Origin: Octopus vulgaris
Taxonomy: Eukaryota
Direction: 5' to 3'
Length of the DNA: 64,000 bases
NCBI GenBank assembly: GCA_951406725.2
Contig: OX597816.1
Location: 133,858,001 to 133,922,000 of the forward strand
This document shows positions 26,483 through 40,509 of this stretch, piece after piece (the first letter of the stretch is position 1; every line of letters starts with the position of its first letter). A program made the position numbers and the translations under genes. The notes below the pieces were generated by a model. It was not told the DNA's origin. It worked only from the letters and a program-made list of their open reading frames with translations, and made no database searches.

Positions 26483-27452
26483 AAGGACCTTGAAATACTA
26501 AATGCTCTGAACATTCTAAGGCTATAAATGGAATCCAATGACTGGTGTAGGAGCCACAATCCAGGCATTGGAGTGATAAATATTGGTGCTAAAAAGGCCA
26601 AAAACAAAATGATTTTGTTTTAATTGGTTAAATGTATAATGTGAACTTCAGAAATAAACTAACTGAAAATGAATTGAGTAAATTCATTGAGTATAAAAAA
26701 AAGCGTAGAATGATGCATTTGAAAGAGACAATAGTACTAGCATAGATAAGTAAAATGTATGAATAATGAGTATTGAATGAAAATGTACTGCAGATAGCAG
26801 CAGAAGTTAATTGAAGCAGAGCTTTGCTAAGAATAAAAGCAGCTAGGTTAAATGACAATTGGATGTATTCTGTTCTGCAAATCCATCCAACCCATGTCAG
26901 CATTGTAAAAGTTAACAACAACAAACAAAATCTCTGGCTGCATATGGCAATTGTGACCTTGTATATCTCAACAGATGATATATAAATAGAAATTGTTGAA
27001 TCTTACTCAGTGGTTGTTATTTAGAAAGATACCTAACCTTCAAATATTCAATCCCAACATGTTGTTTACTTCAAATGATGTTACTATGTTATTACACATT
27101 ATAACTAAACTGCTCGCAAAATTAATCTTTACTTCACTTCAGTAAGTTAGTGATGTGGGAATACTTTACTTCATGATCTCTTCATCTTTTAGTTGTTTCA
27201 GTCATTAGACAGCGGCCATGCTGGGACACCACCTTGAAAAATTTTAGACGGATGGATTGACCCTAGTAATTATTATTTTTTTAAAGCTTGGTACTTATTC
27301 TATCAGGCTCTTTTGCTGAACCACTAAGTTACAAGGATATAAACACACCAACAGCGGTTGTGAAGTGGTGGTGGGGGACAAACACAGACACAAAGACACA
27401 CACATACAAACCACCACCTTTCTTTATATATACATATACTTACATATATATA

Positions 27453-28733
27453 TTGGGTCATCCCATAAATAATGCATTTTTTAATGCTTCTTTTATTTTT
27501 CAAATTTAAGATAAACAAAGTTCATTTTTAATCTAAAATATACTCTCCTTCATCTTCTATAATGCTCTTCCATTTATCTGGTAGACTTGCAGGGCCCCTT
27601 TTCCAAAATCCACTTGTCCATGACGAAAAATACTCCTCCAGTACTGTTCTGACCTCATCTACAGAATTCATATTTTTTCCATCCAAATGATTTTGGAGAC
27701 TGCAGAATAAATGATAATCAGATGGGGCAATGTCCAGCAAAAATGGTGAGTGGGGTATCGTTTCTCATTCAAGCTGCTCCAGCCTTTGGAATGTCATCCT
27801 TGCTGTATGTGGCCGAGCATTATCCTGATAGAAAAACACCTTTCATCTTGAAACGAAAGGTGGTTGTCTTTTTTCTAGTAGTGACTTAAGCTGCTCAAAC
27901 TGCTCATGGCAGATCTCCTTTGTTATCATTTGGTTTAGATTTAAAAGTCCAAAGTGGACTAAACCTTTCATATCCCACCTAACAGATAACAACACCTTAT
28001 GTTCGTGAAGACCTTCTGTAGCCAGGGGTTCCGGTGTTTCTCCTTTCCCTACCCACTGTCTTTGGCACTTGACATTTTTATAGAGAACCCATTTCTTATC
28101 ACCAGTCACTATTTAGCATAAAAAAGGTTCATTCATGAGACGTGACAGCAAGAAGAGCACACATTCACTCACTGCATGCGGTTAGACTTGGGAAGTTAGT
28201 GAGGAACCCATTGACCCAATTTGCTGACTTTTCTAATGGCACACAGGTGTCGATAAATGGTTGAATGACCAAATCCAAGCTTCTCTGCTAGTTCCTTAAC
28301 AGTTACGATGGGATTTTGTTCCACCAGAGTTTGCAGAACATCCTCATCAAGCTCTACAAATCTTCCAGGATGTGGCTCATCTTCTAGGCTGTAATTTCCA
28401 GCTCAGAATTTCTGGAACCACTCTCAACACTGGCTTACACTTATTATCCAATCCCCATATACTGCATTAATATTCCTTGCACTTTCCATTCTGTTGTTGC
28501 CTTTACCGAACTCATAAAGCAAAATATATGGAATATGCTTCTTCGTCACTTCCATTATAGCTTTAAAAAAATAAGTGTTAAAATCGAACTGCACTCTTCA
28601 AAACTTGTACTAAGAATAAGTACAAGGTAAACTTACTAACTGCTTTTATAGCAAGTTGATGCAGGTAGTTTATCCCATCCCCTCCGACTTTTAGTTCATG
28701 CAATTGAAAAAAATGCATTAGTTATGGGATGAT

Positions 28734-28737
<4 letters not shown>
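27453..28737 (-). mobile_element. Full-length but mutated mariner (DD34D-type) transposon, 1285 bp
   Basis: TIRs TTGGGTCATCCCATAAATAATGCA / TGCATTAGTTATGGGATGATCCTA, TA flanks; WVPH, TGDKKWVLY, QDNARPH and DIAPSDYHLF motifs with stops and frameshifts. Confidence 0.95.
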
Positions 28738-28779
<42 letters not shown>

Positions 28780-30117
28780 CCTTCCTCCTCCCCTCTGCTT
28801 TTATGATTCTATCTCTCTCACTGTGTGTGTGAATGAAGCATTCATTTACACATTGCCTGCCACTCATCCTGCATCACTTATGTTAACCTTCTCTGTATCA
28901 TTCTTTTACTTTCTGTTCCTCCCACTCTCTAGGAATTTTGCATTTTAAATGTGATACTTAAAAATTAAAGCAATACCAATATTAAAAACTACAACCAAAA
29001 GGCCATAACACAGTTGTTCATCCTGCTAGATTAACAGCCATATTCCATCAAATCACATTCAATTATTTAATGAAAAGAAAGCCATATTGATCAATATAAT
29101 CATTGATATACAAAAAAGATATGACTTTGATGATAAGGTTGCTCAACTAAACAACAAGTACAAAAATAACATAATCCCTATATTCTAAGTCCCTATCTTC
29201 ATGCATATCTCTAAAATTACCTACCACATTATTCAAAGGAATTCTTAGATAGATTGTGTCTGAAAGAAAAGAAATACATTATGCTTATGCCTGGAACTAT
29301 TTTTATGGTTATGCCTGGAACATAGATTGGTTCAGATAGAGATGGCCTAGGAATGTATGTAACCCTAATATCAATGAATGATGAACATAATGGAATCTTT
29401 CAGAACATCACCAATGAAAGCAGCAGACAGGCTTCATTGTTAAATAAATGAATGTAGTGGCTAGACAAAGAAGAATCTTGAGCTACAGGTGGTTAATTAT
29501 TGATATGGGAATACAATTAAGTTGATAGAAATGATGAACACCACTTAGTGACAAATGTTAATGACTTTACAGTTTGAAAAGGCCTTCTTGTAACTACCTG
29601 ATAGATAGGAATGCTGCTGCTAAATGCAGCTGTTGAGAACAATCTTGGTCCTACTCGTTATACATGTGACATTTACAACACAGACATCAACAAATTATAA
29701 ATAAAAACTCCATACATTTTTTTCCGTTTGAACTGAAATTAATTTTTTCTTCATCAAAAAAATGTGTTTACATTCTTATCTAACCCACAGTATGGCTTTA
29801 TTATATTTGGGTTTATTTCAGTTCTTCTGATATATAAATAAATAAATGCACCCTTTTAAAGCCTAGCCAGGCTCATGGGCCCGGTTTCCTGGTTTCAATG
29901 GCGTATATGTTCCCCAGCTGGATGGGACGCTAGTCCATCGCAGCATTACTCATTTTTGCCAGCTGAGTGGACTGGAGCAACGTGAAATGAAGTGTTTTGC
30001 TCAAGAACACAACGCGTTGCTCGGTCCAGGAATCAAAACCACAATCTTACGATCATAATGCTGACACCCTAATCACTAAGCCACATGCCTCCACTCTTTT
30101 GATATATGCTGGGTTGT

Positions 30118-30177
30118 AAATATGCAGGTTGGGCTATCCACTAGTGCAAATATGCAGGTTGGGCTATCCACTAGTGC
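30118..30177. repeat. Exact 30-bp tandem duplication
   Basis: AAATATGCAGGTTGGGCTATCCACTAGTGC x2. Confidence 0.95.
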
Positions 30178-30689
30178 TAGCTTAATTTATGACAGCTTTA
30201 TAAGCAGCTGATCTGTGCTAATGATTGCAGAAGGAAAGTAGGTACATCTTCACCAAGGAACAGTCAACAAACCATGAAACAGTCCATCAGAAGATTCTCT
30301 CACTCTTTTTTTCCACACATTGGTAGCTGAGAATGAATGTGTTTAACTCACAGTGTAGTTTTATAACTTATTTCAGTTCTTCTAATTTACACTGTGTTGT
30401 GCATAAATAATTTTCCAGTTGTATACATATTGACACTACTATTATAACTTGATGTAAGTTCCAATTTCCAATCAGCATTAGTGACAGAGGAAGCAACCCC
30501 ACCCCATCTCCTATTCCCAACTGTCTATGTGGAGAGACTGGAGCTTACATAGAAGTTGACTCTAAAAGGTAAGTGGATGAAGATGGTAATGATAATGCCA
30601 TCTGCAAATGAGTCAATTTTGTGGGGGGGGGGGGTTACCTTTCTGGGTCATACATTTCCTTTCTGTATGTTTTTGTGGTTTTATTTTGT

Positions 30690-30897
30690 TTAACCCTTTA
30701 GCAGTTAAACTGTCCATTTCTGGCCCAAATATTCTACCTGTTTTATGTTGTAACTCTCACTCCTACTTTACCATGTATTTCTGAAAATATACCCTCACAT
30801 CATTGAAATTTTGAAGTCATGTGGTAATGTATGATTGATTGAAAACAATGTAAATAAATAAGCATTACAAGAGATAGATTGGTTGTTAAAGGGTTAA
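30690..30897. mobile_element. piggyBac-type MITE
   Basis: TTAA-CCCTTTAGCA ... TGTTAAAGGG-TTAA. Confidence 0.85.
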
Positions 30898-33800
30898 TGC
30901 CCATTTAAGATCATGGAAGTGACATTGATGGATTTATACGCTTAATAACATCAAGGTAAATTTGTACTTCATAAAACCATTGAGACTAAGTCTGGTTTTC
31001 TCTCTCTCTTTCTCTCTTTCTGTCTCAGGTCAATGAATTAAGTAAAAGTACTTAAGGGATAAATCTTAAAAACACAACAAAGGAATTATTCATTCTAGAA
31101 TCAATATAGCATGTCTGTACACAGTTTCATTGATTTCATATATTTATTTTAATTATTTCTCATTATGTAACATTGTCGTCTGAGTGAGTTACATGAAAAC
31201 ATTTAGTCAATAAAATACTGGCATTTCACAGCAAAACATTAATTAATAATTCAATAAAATATCAAGTTGTATTTATTGACAGGAATCAATACGATATATA
31301 ATAACTGAATTAAAGCTAATGTGCACAATGTAAATAATATGATTGGAATAATGGTGACAATAATGATAATAGTAAGAATAACAATGAAACTTTGGTAATG
31401 TGCAGCTACTTGTAATCAATCCAAGAGCAGGGACCAAACAATGGACAACTGTACAGTTAAGGGAAAAGAAATAAATTATTTTAGAATTATAAAATATTAA
31501 TCTCAGACAGTATTCTTTTATTCGTTTCACTCATGGGACTGTGGCCACGCTGGAGCACTGTGTTGAAGGGCTTAGTTGATCAAATCAATTCCAGTACTTT
31601 TTTTATTTTTCAAGTCTGGTATGTATTCAATATAGCTTTTTTGCTGTACTGGTATGTTATGGGGATGTAAACAAACTGATACCAGTTGTCAAATGGTGGG
31701 ACAACAAACATAAAGGCACACACACACACACATACACACATACACCCATGTGTGTGCATGTCCCCCCACCCCCGACAAGCTCCACAGAGTTACTTTCTCA
31801 CAAATTCATGCTCAAAGCATTAGTCTACCCAAGGCTATAGTAGAAACCACTTGCCCAAGGTACTGTGCAGTAAGACTGAACCTGAAACTACAGGGTTATG
31901 AAGTGAACTTCTTAACCACTCAGATGTGTCAGTGTCTATCTTTTATCTTTTATCTTTCATTAGATTGTGGCCATGCTGGAGCATTGCCTTAAAGAATTTT
32001 AGTTGAACAAATCAACCGCAGTAGTTTTTTTTTTAAGCCTGGCACTTGTTTTATCAATCTCTTATGCTGAACCACTAGGTTACGGGATGTAAACACACTC
32101 ACACTGGTTGTCAAGTGGTGGTAGGGAGGGACAAACAAACACAAAGACACACATATATACATATCAAATTTCAAAATAATTTATATGTCCTAGCTGAGCA
32201 GTTTATATAATTATATAACAGCTCCAAAAGTGGTGCCCCTTTAGAAGTGTTGCCCGGGGTGGACTGCCCCTATTTCCACCCACTAGTGGGCATAGTGTAG
32301 TGGTTTGAGTGTTCAGCTCATGATTGCTGAGTTGGTGGTTCAATTCTTGATCCAGTTAGTGCATTGTGTTCTTGAGTAACACACTTCATTTCATATTACA
32401 TCAGCTCACTCAAATGAAAATGATTACCAGCAACTGTTGATTGGTGAGAAGGGTTAACCTAGTGAAGGACTGGAGTTCTGTCCAATGTGAAACCTTGTGC
32501 TCTCATTCATTTAAACTTTTATCTTTTCCTTTTTTCAGTCATTAGACTGCAGCCCAGCTGGAGTGCTGTCTTGAAGAATTTTTAGTCAAATGAATTGACC
32601 CCAGTACTTTTTTTTAAAGCCTGGTACTTATTCTATCAGTCTCACTTGCCAAACCACTAATTTATGGGAATGTAAACACACCAACACCAGTTGTCAAGCA
32701 GTGATGAGGGACAAACGCACACACACACACACATACACACATACAACAGACGTGTTTCAGTTTCAATCTACCAAATCCATTCACAAGGCTTTGGTCAACC
32801 TGAGGCTATAGTAGAAGACACTTGCCCAAGGTGCCACACAGTGGGACTGAACACAAAACCACGTAGTTAGGAAGCAAACTTTTCACCACACAGCCATGCT
32901 TATGCCTGTGTGATAAGGAAATTAAGATAAGCTCTGACCTAATGGGCTTGTAGGCTCAAGACAGACTTTAACTGTTTTTTTTTAATGAATTATGAATAAT
33001 AACTGAACCAATTTTTGTCCTTACTAAACATTTTAGTATGACAAAGCATAGATGTAAATGGCAAATAAAAACCAAAGATCAAGGAAATCAGTGTTGGTTT
33101 ATATTAGCAAAAATTAGTTAATGAATAAGCTTTGATGCAGAGAGAATATGTAAATTTTTATATTTTGGACATTTTTCCCTCTAAGGAAGGTTACTGCCTA
33201 AAACATTGGAATTCACATCTTTCCAAGGCAAATAGACTTATTAATATTTGGAAACTTTAAGGCAGCAGGATTGCAGAATTGTTAGCATGCTGGGTAAAAT
33301 ACTTAGTGGCATTTTGTCCATTTTCACGTTCTGAGTTCATATTCCACTGAGTTCATTCTTTCAAGTTTGATAAAATGAGTACCAGTGGAGCACCGAGACT
33401 GATATAATCAACTTAACCACTCCACAGAAATTGTTGGCCTTCTGCCAAGATTTGAAACCTATACTTGGTAACTTTAAGGCAGCAGGCTAGCAGAATTGTT
33501 AGCCCATTGGACAAAATGTTTAGTTGAATTTCTTCTGGTTTTTATGTTCTAAGTTCAAATTCCATCATGATCAACTTTGCCTTTCATCCTTTCAGGGTCA
33601 ATAAAATAAGTACAAGTTGAGACCTGGGATTGATGTAATCAACTAGCCCTCTCTCCCCAAATTCCAGACTTTGTGCCTATAGTAGAAAGAAATATTTGTG
33701 AACTTTAATATAGAATTATAAGAGGATGTGGCTTACTATGAAATTAGTATCAGTCAATAGGAAAATCATTCTAATTAAATTTCTCAGTGAAAGAGCATGA

Positions 33801-34402
33801 AGTTATTTCACAATAAGAGGCATAGCAGGTGGGCAATGGTGGAAGTTCAGATATGAAGTAGGTACAAAATTTCCTCTTGCTTATCATGCCAGTTAATTAA
33901 GGTGGGGAACCCCAAGTAACAGATATATGAGAACAAAATATCCTCATGCCTGTCTTTGCACCCAGGCACTGAGAACACTTGCTCCACCCACTTATCATAG
34001 TCAACAGATCCTATTTATAAATCTTAGAGCTTTACTTACAAATATATTGAAGATATCATTACTGTGATATCCTGTTTTGTGAACATATGTTGCTCCACTC
34101 CTTTGATACACTCATCACAGATTCAGCTTGATATGTCTCTGAGTAAGGTACATAATTCTGCTTGCACCAGTTTCCAGGGCTCATAAAAGAGGCATTGTAT
34201 TTATGCTTCACCAGTCAAGGAGTTAGAGATAGGAAGAGCAGCCAGTAGTAAAAACATTTGATCCAGACCAGCAATAAAAATTATCCAGCCAAAGTATACA
34301 TGTATGTATTAGTGTATTTTTGCATGTGTGCATATAAACAAATTCACATGAGTATGTGTGTGTGTGTATATATATATATATAGATATATATAAATATATA
34401 TA

Positions 34403-34726
34403 AAATTATAATTAAGGGTATCTAAAAGATACCATCATAGCAGTCAAAACTTGACTCTAAAAACCACATCAAATATTCATACAGCACCAAGAGAGAAGAC
34501 AAAGAGACAAAATAAATGAGCAAAAAATCACTGGATAATTCCAGATCCCAGATTCCTGGCTATGCAAATCTGGGATCTGGAATTATCCAATAATTTCTTG
34601 CTAGTTTATTTTGTCTCTTTGTCTTCTCTTCTGGTGCTGTATGAATATTTGATGTGGTTTTAGAGTCAAGTTTTGACTGCTATATCTAGCAATATGGTAT
34701 CTTTTAGATACCCTTAAATATAATTT
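34403..34726. repeat. Long imperfect palindrome, about 150-bp arms and 12-nt loop
   Basis: GGATAATTCCAGATCCCAGATT-cctggctatgca-AATCTGGGATCTGGAATTATCC centre; complementarity extends to TTAAGGGTATCTAAAAGATACCAT / ATGGTATCTTTTAGATACCCTTAA. Confidence 0.95.
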
Positions 34727-34821
34727 CAATAATAATTATTACCAATGAGGTTTTTACTCCCATGCTAGCTACTTGATATGATCGGTATTTTAAATAATGA
34801 TCTTATCCTTATTTATATATA

Positions 34822-35218
34822 TCTTTATATATAAAAGTGAGGTTGTGTGCTGTCTGTCTCCTACGATTTAGATTCCTAACTACTCCCACATTTTGCGGTG
34901 CAGTTTAACCAAAACCGGGTATCTTATTGTCGTGATTCATACCGAGCCCTTCTGGGTATTAGCGCATGTCTACGATGAGTCTATGATTTAAAAAAAAATT
35001 TACCATCAATTTTTCCCATTTTTAATGCATTTTTGGCATATATAAGGGAAGTAACTCTCTAAAAATTTATTATTAAATCTCAGAACGTAAAAAGCTACAG
35101 TAACACCCCCTCCTTTGTGGTTAGCCATATTGTGATGGCTATTATACTTTACATCTCTAAAAATGCTTATATAGTTATTTCCCTTACAAACCCGAGCAAC
35201 GCTGGGCAATACTGCTAG
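34822..35218 (+). mobile_element. Non-autonomous Helitron (397 bp)
   Basis: A|TC 5' end, 3' hairpin CCCGAGCAACGCTGGG then CTAG|T, no TSD. Confidence 0.85.
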
Positions 35219-35252
35219 TTTATATATATATATATATATTATATATATATAT

Positions 35253-35462
35253 GCAGGGTTGGTCAATAGTCACCTGACAGAAAATCAAAACCATTTAATT
35301 TGAAGATTAAAACAAAAAATTATTTTATATGAGACTTCGTTTACAAATAGGTAAATGTTGAAAAAAAGCAGTGATTATTAACTCACAGCATTCAATTATT
35401 AAACATTCATAACTGGAATGAATAAATAAAATTGAATTAAACATCACATTTTGCCCGGTGTA
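35253..35462. mobile_element. Tc1/mariner-type terminus or MITE remnant
   Basis: CAGGGTTGGTCAATAGTCACC resembles the 59405 TIR; partner TIR poor. Confidence 0.45.
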
Positions 35463-35499
35463 CCGATATTCTGTAACTTGTTTATATTTATTAATCCAC

Positions 35500-36010
35500 A
35501 TCATTAGTTGACAGCAGTGTGGTGTTTAGAGTGATAAAGAACATGAAAGTAAAGAAAGCTGCTGATCCAGCAGTGATAGTAGCTTTGATACTCAAAATAT
35601 CTGGTGAAGTAGGATACATGATAGTCATCTGAATTCTTAATCAAGTAATACAGGGTGTCCTACTCAATGACTAGCATAGCAGTAACATTGTAAATGGCTA
35701 CAAGGGTAAAGGATTTGTGGTAGAGAGAAGGAATTATAGCACAATTGATTAAGAATAGAGTTAGACTTGATGAATTGTGGTTCAGTTTTATTTTCCAGAA
35801 AAGGTACCACAAGAACTTAGCTTTGAGCAAACCAATATACCTGGCCTTCAATGATTTGAATTGTGCCACACTATAACGTGATGGGCACTCAGGAAACTAT
35901 GTAAATGAATGGCTTGTGAGTGCTGTACAAGCTAAGTGCAAAGACACAGTGAGTGAAAGTTAGCAATGAGTTCTGCTATGAATTTAGCATAAAGATAAAT
36001 ATCTATCAAG
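35500..36010 (+). mobile_element. Highly decayed RTE RT fragment
   Basis: Remnants of KAxxPxxI..LKISGEVGY, VNGYKGKG, KPIYLAF, NEWLVSAVQA and IYQG, collinear with the 51369 ORF. Confidence 0.7.
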
Positions 36011-36011
36011 G

Positions 36012-37850
36012 ACTGACAGAGTTGCATGTGGCACTTGAGGCTGTTATCTTTGTGAGTCCTGTATCCTAATTTTTTTGACATATAATGAAAATTTCTAGAA
36101 CCTTTGGCAGAAACTGTTTGGTGGGAAAATTCATAAAATTTACTGCCAAGTCTTCTACTATTTGATGATAAAGCAGTAGATCTGATAGGCTGAATCATGT
36201 TCACATAGGCATTAATGCCACTTCTGGTGGGACAATTAATTTCTTGTAGCTGACATTTATTTTTTATGGCAATGCAGTTGGACCACAGTTCTAAACTGGG
36301 GATCTGAGTGAGGTGTTTCAAAACTTAGCAGGAACCTTGCTACAGGCATCTTCTTGCGATGAGTTTGTTATAAAACAAATAGAACAAAGGTGTGTGTGTG
36401 TGTGTTACATAAAAAAAAATTAGCAGGTAGAACATGAAAACAAATACAAGCTGAAAAAAGACATGATGAATGTGCTAGCAAAATGAATGTGAAATAGTGC
36501 AGGAATTATAGTTTAGGGTTGAAATATATGTAGAAATAACAGTACTGTACATGTGTGTAACAGAATGCATGCATGTTTGTTGTAAGAGTGCACAAGTCCA
36601 AACAAACATGCAGAAAAATTCAAGTACCCTTAGAAAATAGAAACATTTATGTCAAAAATGGATTGCGAAACCCATTGCAAAGCAACAGAACAGAGTGTGA
36701 TATATGTGCATAATGAATGGTGTGTATATTGCAGCAGAGAATAAGACACCAAGAAAAAGACATAAGCACATAAATTGTTCACCAGCCACACGTGAGATTT
36801 TAAGTCAAAAATGAGGCATTCTGCAGAAAGTTGAACATAACAATGCCTTTTATTTATTTATCATCATGAGGTGAGCAAGACATTGCAGGGCAAAAACTAC
36901 TGTCAACATAATGAAATGTAATGTGCTGGTAGAAGTGTATAAAAAATAGTATACAGAGACAGAGAAGACAAGTTAGATCCTCACAAAGAAAGGTATTTAT
37001 GTTCATGAGGCAAAGTATGTATGTGTGCATAAAGTAAGAATTTAAAACATAAACAAATTCAAAATGATTTAAAATGCACAGTATAGCATTGATGAAACAA
37101 ATGACTGGAATATGTAGTGGAAATGCCAATTTGATAATTTATAAAAATATTTTCTACCAACGCACAAGAAAAAGGGTTATTGAGAACTGGGTAGAAATAG
37201 CAGTGAAATGCCATTATTTACTGTGATTATATGGTTTGTTATGGTCACCATTTAAGTTAGTATAGACACAGGTTTTACCAATTTACTAGGTCATCATTCT
37301 TGTGGGTCTTAGTCATTAACATGTCATTGGCAGTACACAATATTAGGTAGGCTGCATGTGAATGTCAGAATGACCAAATTAATACTTCTGTAAGTTACCG
37401 TATTTTTTATGGAAATATTTGCATTTATATATCTGCAACAATTATTTAAATAAAACAGCACATATGAGATAATATGATAATTACAAATCTTCATCACATA
37501 AAATATTTTAGTTATGTGAAAATTGCTCACTCTGTCACAAAACTGACCAACAAAGTTCTGTAGTACCTGAGGTTGTTCTCTTTGGGAGTTCAATATCTCA
37601 GGCTTTATAATACTCACTTAAATATTCTAGAACCTTTGGCAGAACTATTTAGTGGGAAAATTCACCAAATTTGCTTTCAAGTCTACTACTGTTTGGTTAC
37701 ACAGCAGCTGATCTGATTGGTTGAACCATGTTCATGGAGGGCTTAGTGCCACTTCTGGTGATACAGTTAATTTCTTGTAGACAGCCTTTGCCTTTTATGA
37801 CAATATAGTTAGGCCATGGTTCTGAACAGGAGATCTAAATGAAACTTTGC
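36012..37850. repeat. Diverged direct repeat of about 310 bp (36012-36320 and 37541-37850)
   Basis: Shared TTCTAGAACCTTTGGCAGAA, GTGGGAAAATTCA, TGCCACTTCTGGTG and TTAATTTCTTGTAG in the same order and spacing. Confidence 0.85.
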
Positions 37851-38034
37851 TCCAAGTGAAAGAGGAACCACAAATGGATAATTACAAAAAGTACTACAAA
37901 AGTTTATAACTGATGTGCAGCTGTTGCATGCCAACTTTTGAGAACAGCCTCATTCACCTAAAATTGACTTATCCATTTAAATCAAGTTGGTGCTAAGTTA
38001 TTACGTATGACCTGCTTTGTGTTCTACACTGTGT

Positions 38035-38240
38035 TGAAAATATCGAGAAGTCTTACAGCTACCTCTACAGGTCATAATAAAAGGAAAAATAAATAGATAT
38101 TTATTTGTATTGCAGAATGCTGTTGGAAAATCTCAACAGTAATGTGAATGTGAAATAGTAGAGTAAGAAATCTGGCATTGGAACAACGATCAAATATGAC
38201 ATTAAGAAACAAACATAAAATCTGTTGAAATTCTAATTAA
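38035..38240 (+). mobile_element. Tigger/pogo (Jerky-like) transposase N-terminal HTH remnant
   Basis: LLENLNSNVNVK**SKKSGIGTTIKYDIKKQT*NLLKF resembles the psq-type HTH of Tigger/JRK proteins. Confidence 0.55.
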
Positions 38241-38880
38241 TGATGATGATGATATGCTTTACATCGTTTAAAAGGTGTCCGCAGATAAAATGCTTGTGTG
38301 GATTTGGCACATGGTAACTGAAGGAAGCCTGTTGTATGTATGTATGTATGTAGGTATGTGTGAGTGCAAGCTCATGTATCTGTGTATTTGTTTATATTTG
38401 TGCTTCTACAAAAATCTCTGAGCTACAAGCAGTGATGTTGTTATTTCCCCTGTTGACAAATAAGTAACACACTGGTTTTGCACAGTTAGAGATGTGTGGA
38501 ATACGAATAAAAGATCCCTTACAAGCCTAATAAATAAAGAAATGCAAGGGTTACCAAGGGAAATCAGATGTAGAAGCAAACTGTTTTGGTTTGGTAGTTT
38601 GCAATTCTGGAGTTAAGCCTAATCTTTGGAATACAGTTTTAGCAATATTACAGATGTCTGATTATTATGAAAGTGTGTTAGAAATTTTGAGACATTGCAT
38701 TTGTAACTGGAGGAGTTTAGCTCTTGTTGTGCCCAGAGAGTGTTTTGTTATGGTTGTAAAAAAAGTTCATGGTTGTTATTTATTGTCCACAAACAGCTGA
38801 GATTTAAAGGAAAAATATTCAAAGAACACCTAAATTCCTAAAAGGAAATTTCATCAGAACATTTTGAAGTAAAAAAGTTT

Positions 38881-39285
38881 TAATAATAATAATAATAATA
38901 ATAATTGTGTACAGTGCTCAGGTGCACTACAACTCATCTAAAGTGTATATATAATCAGGTGAAGTTTCGGCGGATTTCGGAAAGCATGAGGGCCTTAAAA
39001 GATGCAGTGTCATGGCAGTCAACAACTGACGCAGGCAGTTTATTCCATGCTTCAGCAACTCTGAGCGTGAAAAAATGTTTCCGAAAGTCATGGGAGCTGT
39101 ATTGTTTTCTGACTTTGTAGGCATGTCCACGTGTGTTAGACACATGGAGATCAAAAAGGTGTTCAGTGTTGTTGTTGGTGAGGTGGTTGATAACTTTGTG
39201 GGTGTTTACCAAGTCCGTCGCCAAACGCCGGAGCTTCAGTGAATCCATGCCCAGGGAAACAAGGCGCTCAGAATATGGTAGGAGA
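38881..39285 (-). mobile_element. CR1-clade LINE 3' end with (ATT)n tail
   Basis: ORF 38955..39248 SLKLRRL..DL...TRGHAYK...RKHFFTLRVAEAWNKLP is the typical CR1 C-terminus. Confidence 0.88.
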
Positions 39286-40169
39286 GTAAATCTCTTGGAA
39301 TTTTCTTTAATAGCAGTAGATTTTGGATTTTGTTTGCTAGTAGTTACATCACAATGTTACATGAGGAAGCCTGTTTGTTGAACTCTGAAATTTGTTTCTT
39401 ATCAAGATAATTTAAAATGAAAATATCAGTTTGTCAGGGAAAACATTTCTTATCTTTATATATACTGAGAATATTCAGTTGAATCCTTTCGAGGATGAGA
39501 CATAGTTATTTATGCATGAAAGCCATATTGATACAATGGCAATGGTTGTATCATCAGTTAATGATAAGGTAGTAAGTTATAAAACTAAAATAGAATAAAA
39601 TATGAGATTAGAGTAAAAGTAAACCAAGAGATCCATGGTGAAAGTAATAAACACTTTGAACTTTTAAAATTTGACATTACTTGGATATAAGGACACTTCC
39701 TACAGAAATTAATATGCCCATTAAGAAAAGAACAGATCTCACAAAGAAAGTCTATGAATTACAAATACTCATTAAAGTGAAACTGAAATTAATAACCGTA
39801 TAGATACCAAGATTAAGAAATTTTCCCCAGGTGAACAAGTATATATTTAGTAGAAGGATGTATATCTCAATTCATAGCAACTATTGTTGAGTTTTTGTCT
39901 TGGGTGAAGAGCAGACAAACAGTAAGTAATAGCTTAAAGTTCTGCCAATCACTCACTGCTCACTATAAAATGGAAGAAAAGTGTGGCTACCAGACTAAAC
40001 AAGTATATTGATTAAATATGTATTACCTACATCAACAATAGAGTTGTTATTATTCTATAATTTCTTCCATTTTTTTTTTATATATGTATGCTATTATATT
40101 ATTTATATGGTGCTTCAATGTTTTTTTCTGCTATATAGTTGATATGTGTGTCTGTATGATGTACGAGCA

Positions 40170-40509
40170 AAATGCCCCCCCCCCCCATCCAATGGATGGT
40201 GCTGAGTTGTCAAACATTTAAACCAAATTTTCTCAAAACAACTTGTCTGACCATCCCATAGGCCTCCTCTTTGAGAAACACTGATTTAACCTAAATTTGA
40301 GACACCAGGAAAACGATTTTACAAATGCATGTTCCTACAGCTTTATCGATTGCATTCTCACCTGGAATTGATTTTTATAATTTTTTTCAACACTTATACA
40401 CGCCCTGATACCGTTGGTATCTACATATCAAATTTGAGCGCAATTGGATGGAGGATGCCTGAGATCCTAGAAGACACACAGACAGACAGAACAGATTTTA
40501 TATAATAGA
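40170..40509 (-). mobile_element. Helitron-like non-autonomous element 5' part
   Basis: Reverse strand begins A|TCTATTATATAAAATCTG..TGTCTGTCTG like the other Helitron 5' ends; 3' end not seen. Confidence 0.5.

Noticed and set aside
30476-30568. Plus-strand open segment ending AAG|GTAAGT
   Set aside because: Good donor but poor acceptor and no protein similarity I can recognise; needs RNA data.
35932-36321. 129-aa minus-strand ORF
   Set aside because: Non-ATG start, spans an RTE relic and a duplicated repeat, and the same frame has stops in the second copy.
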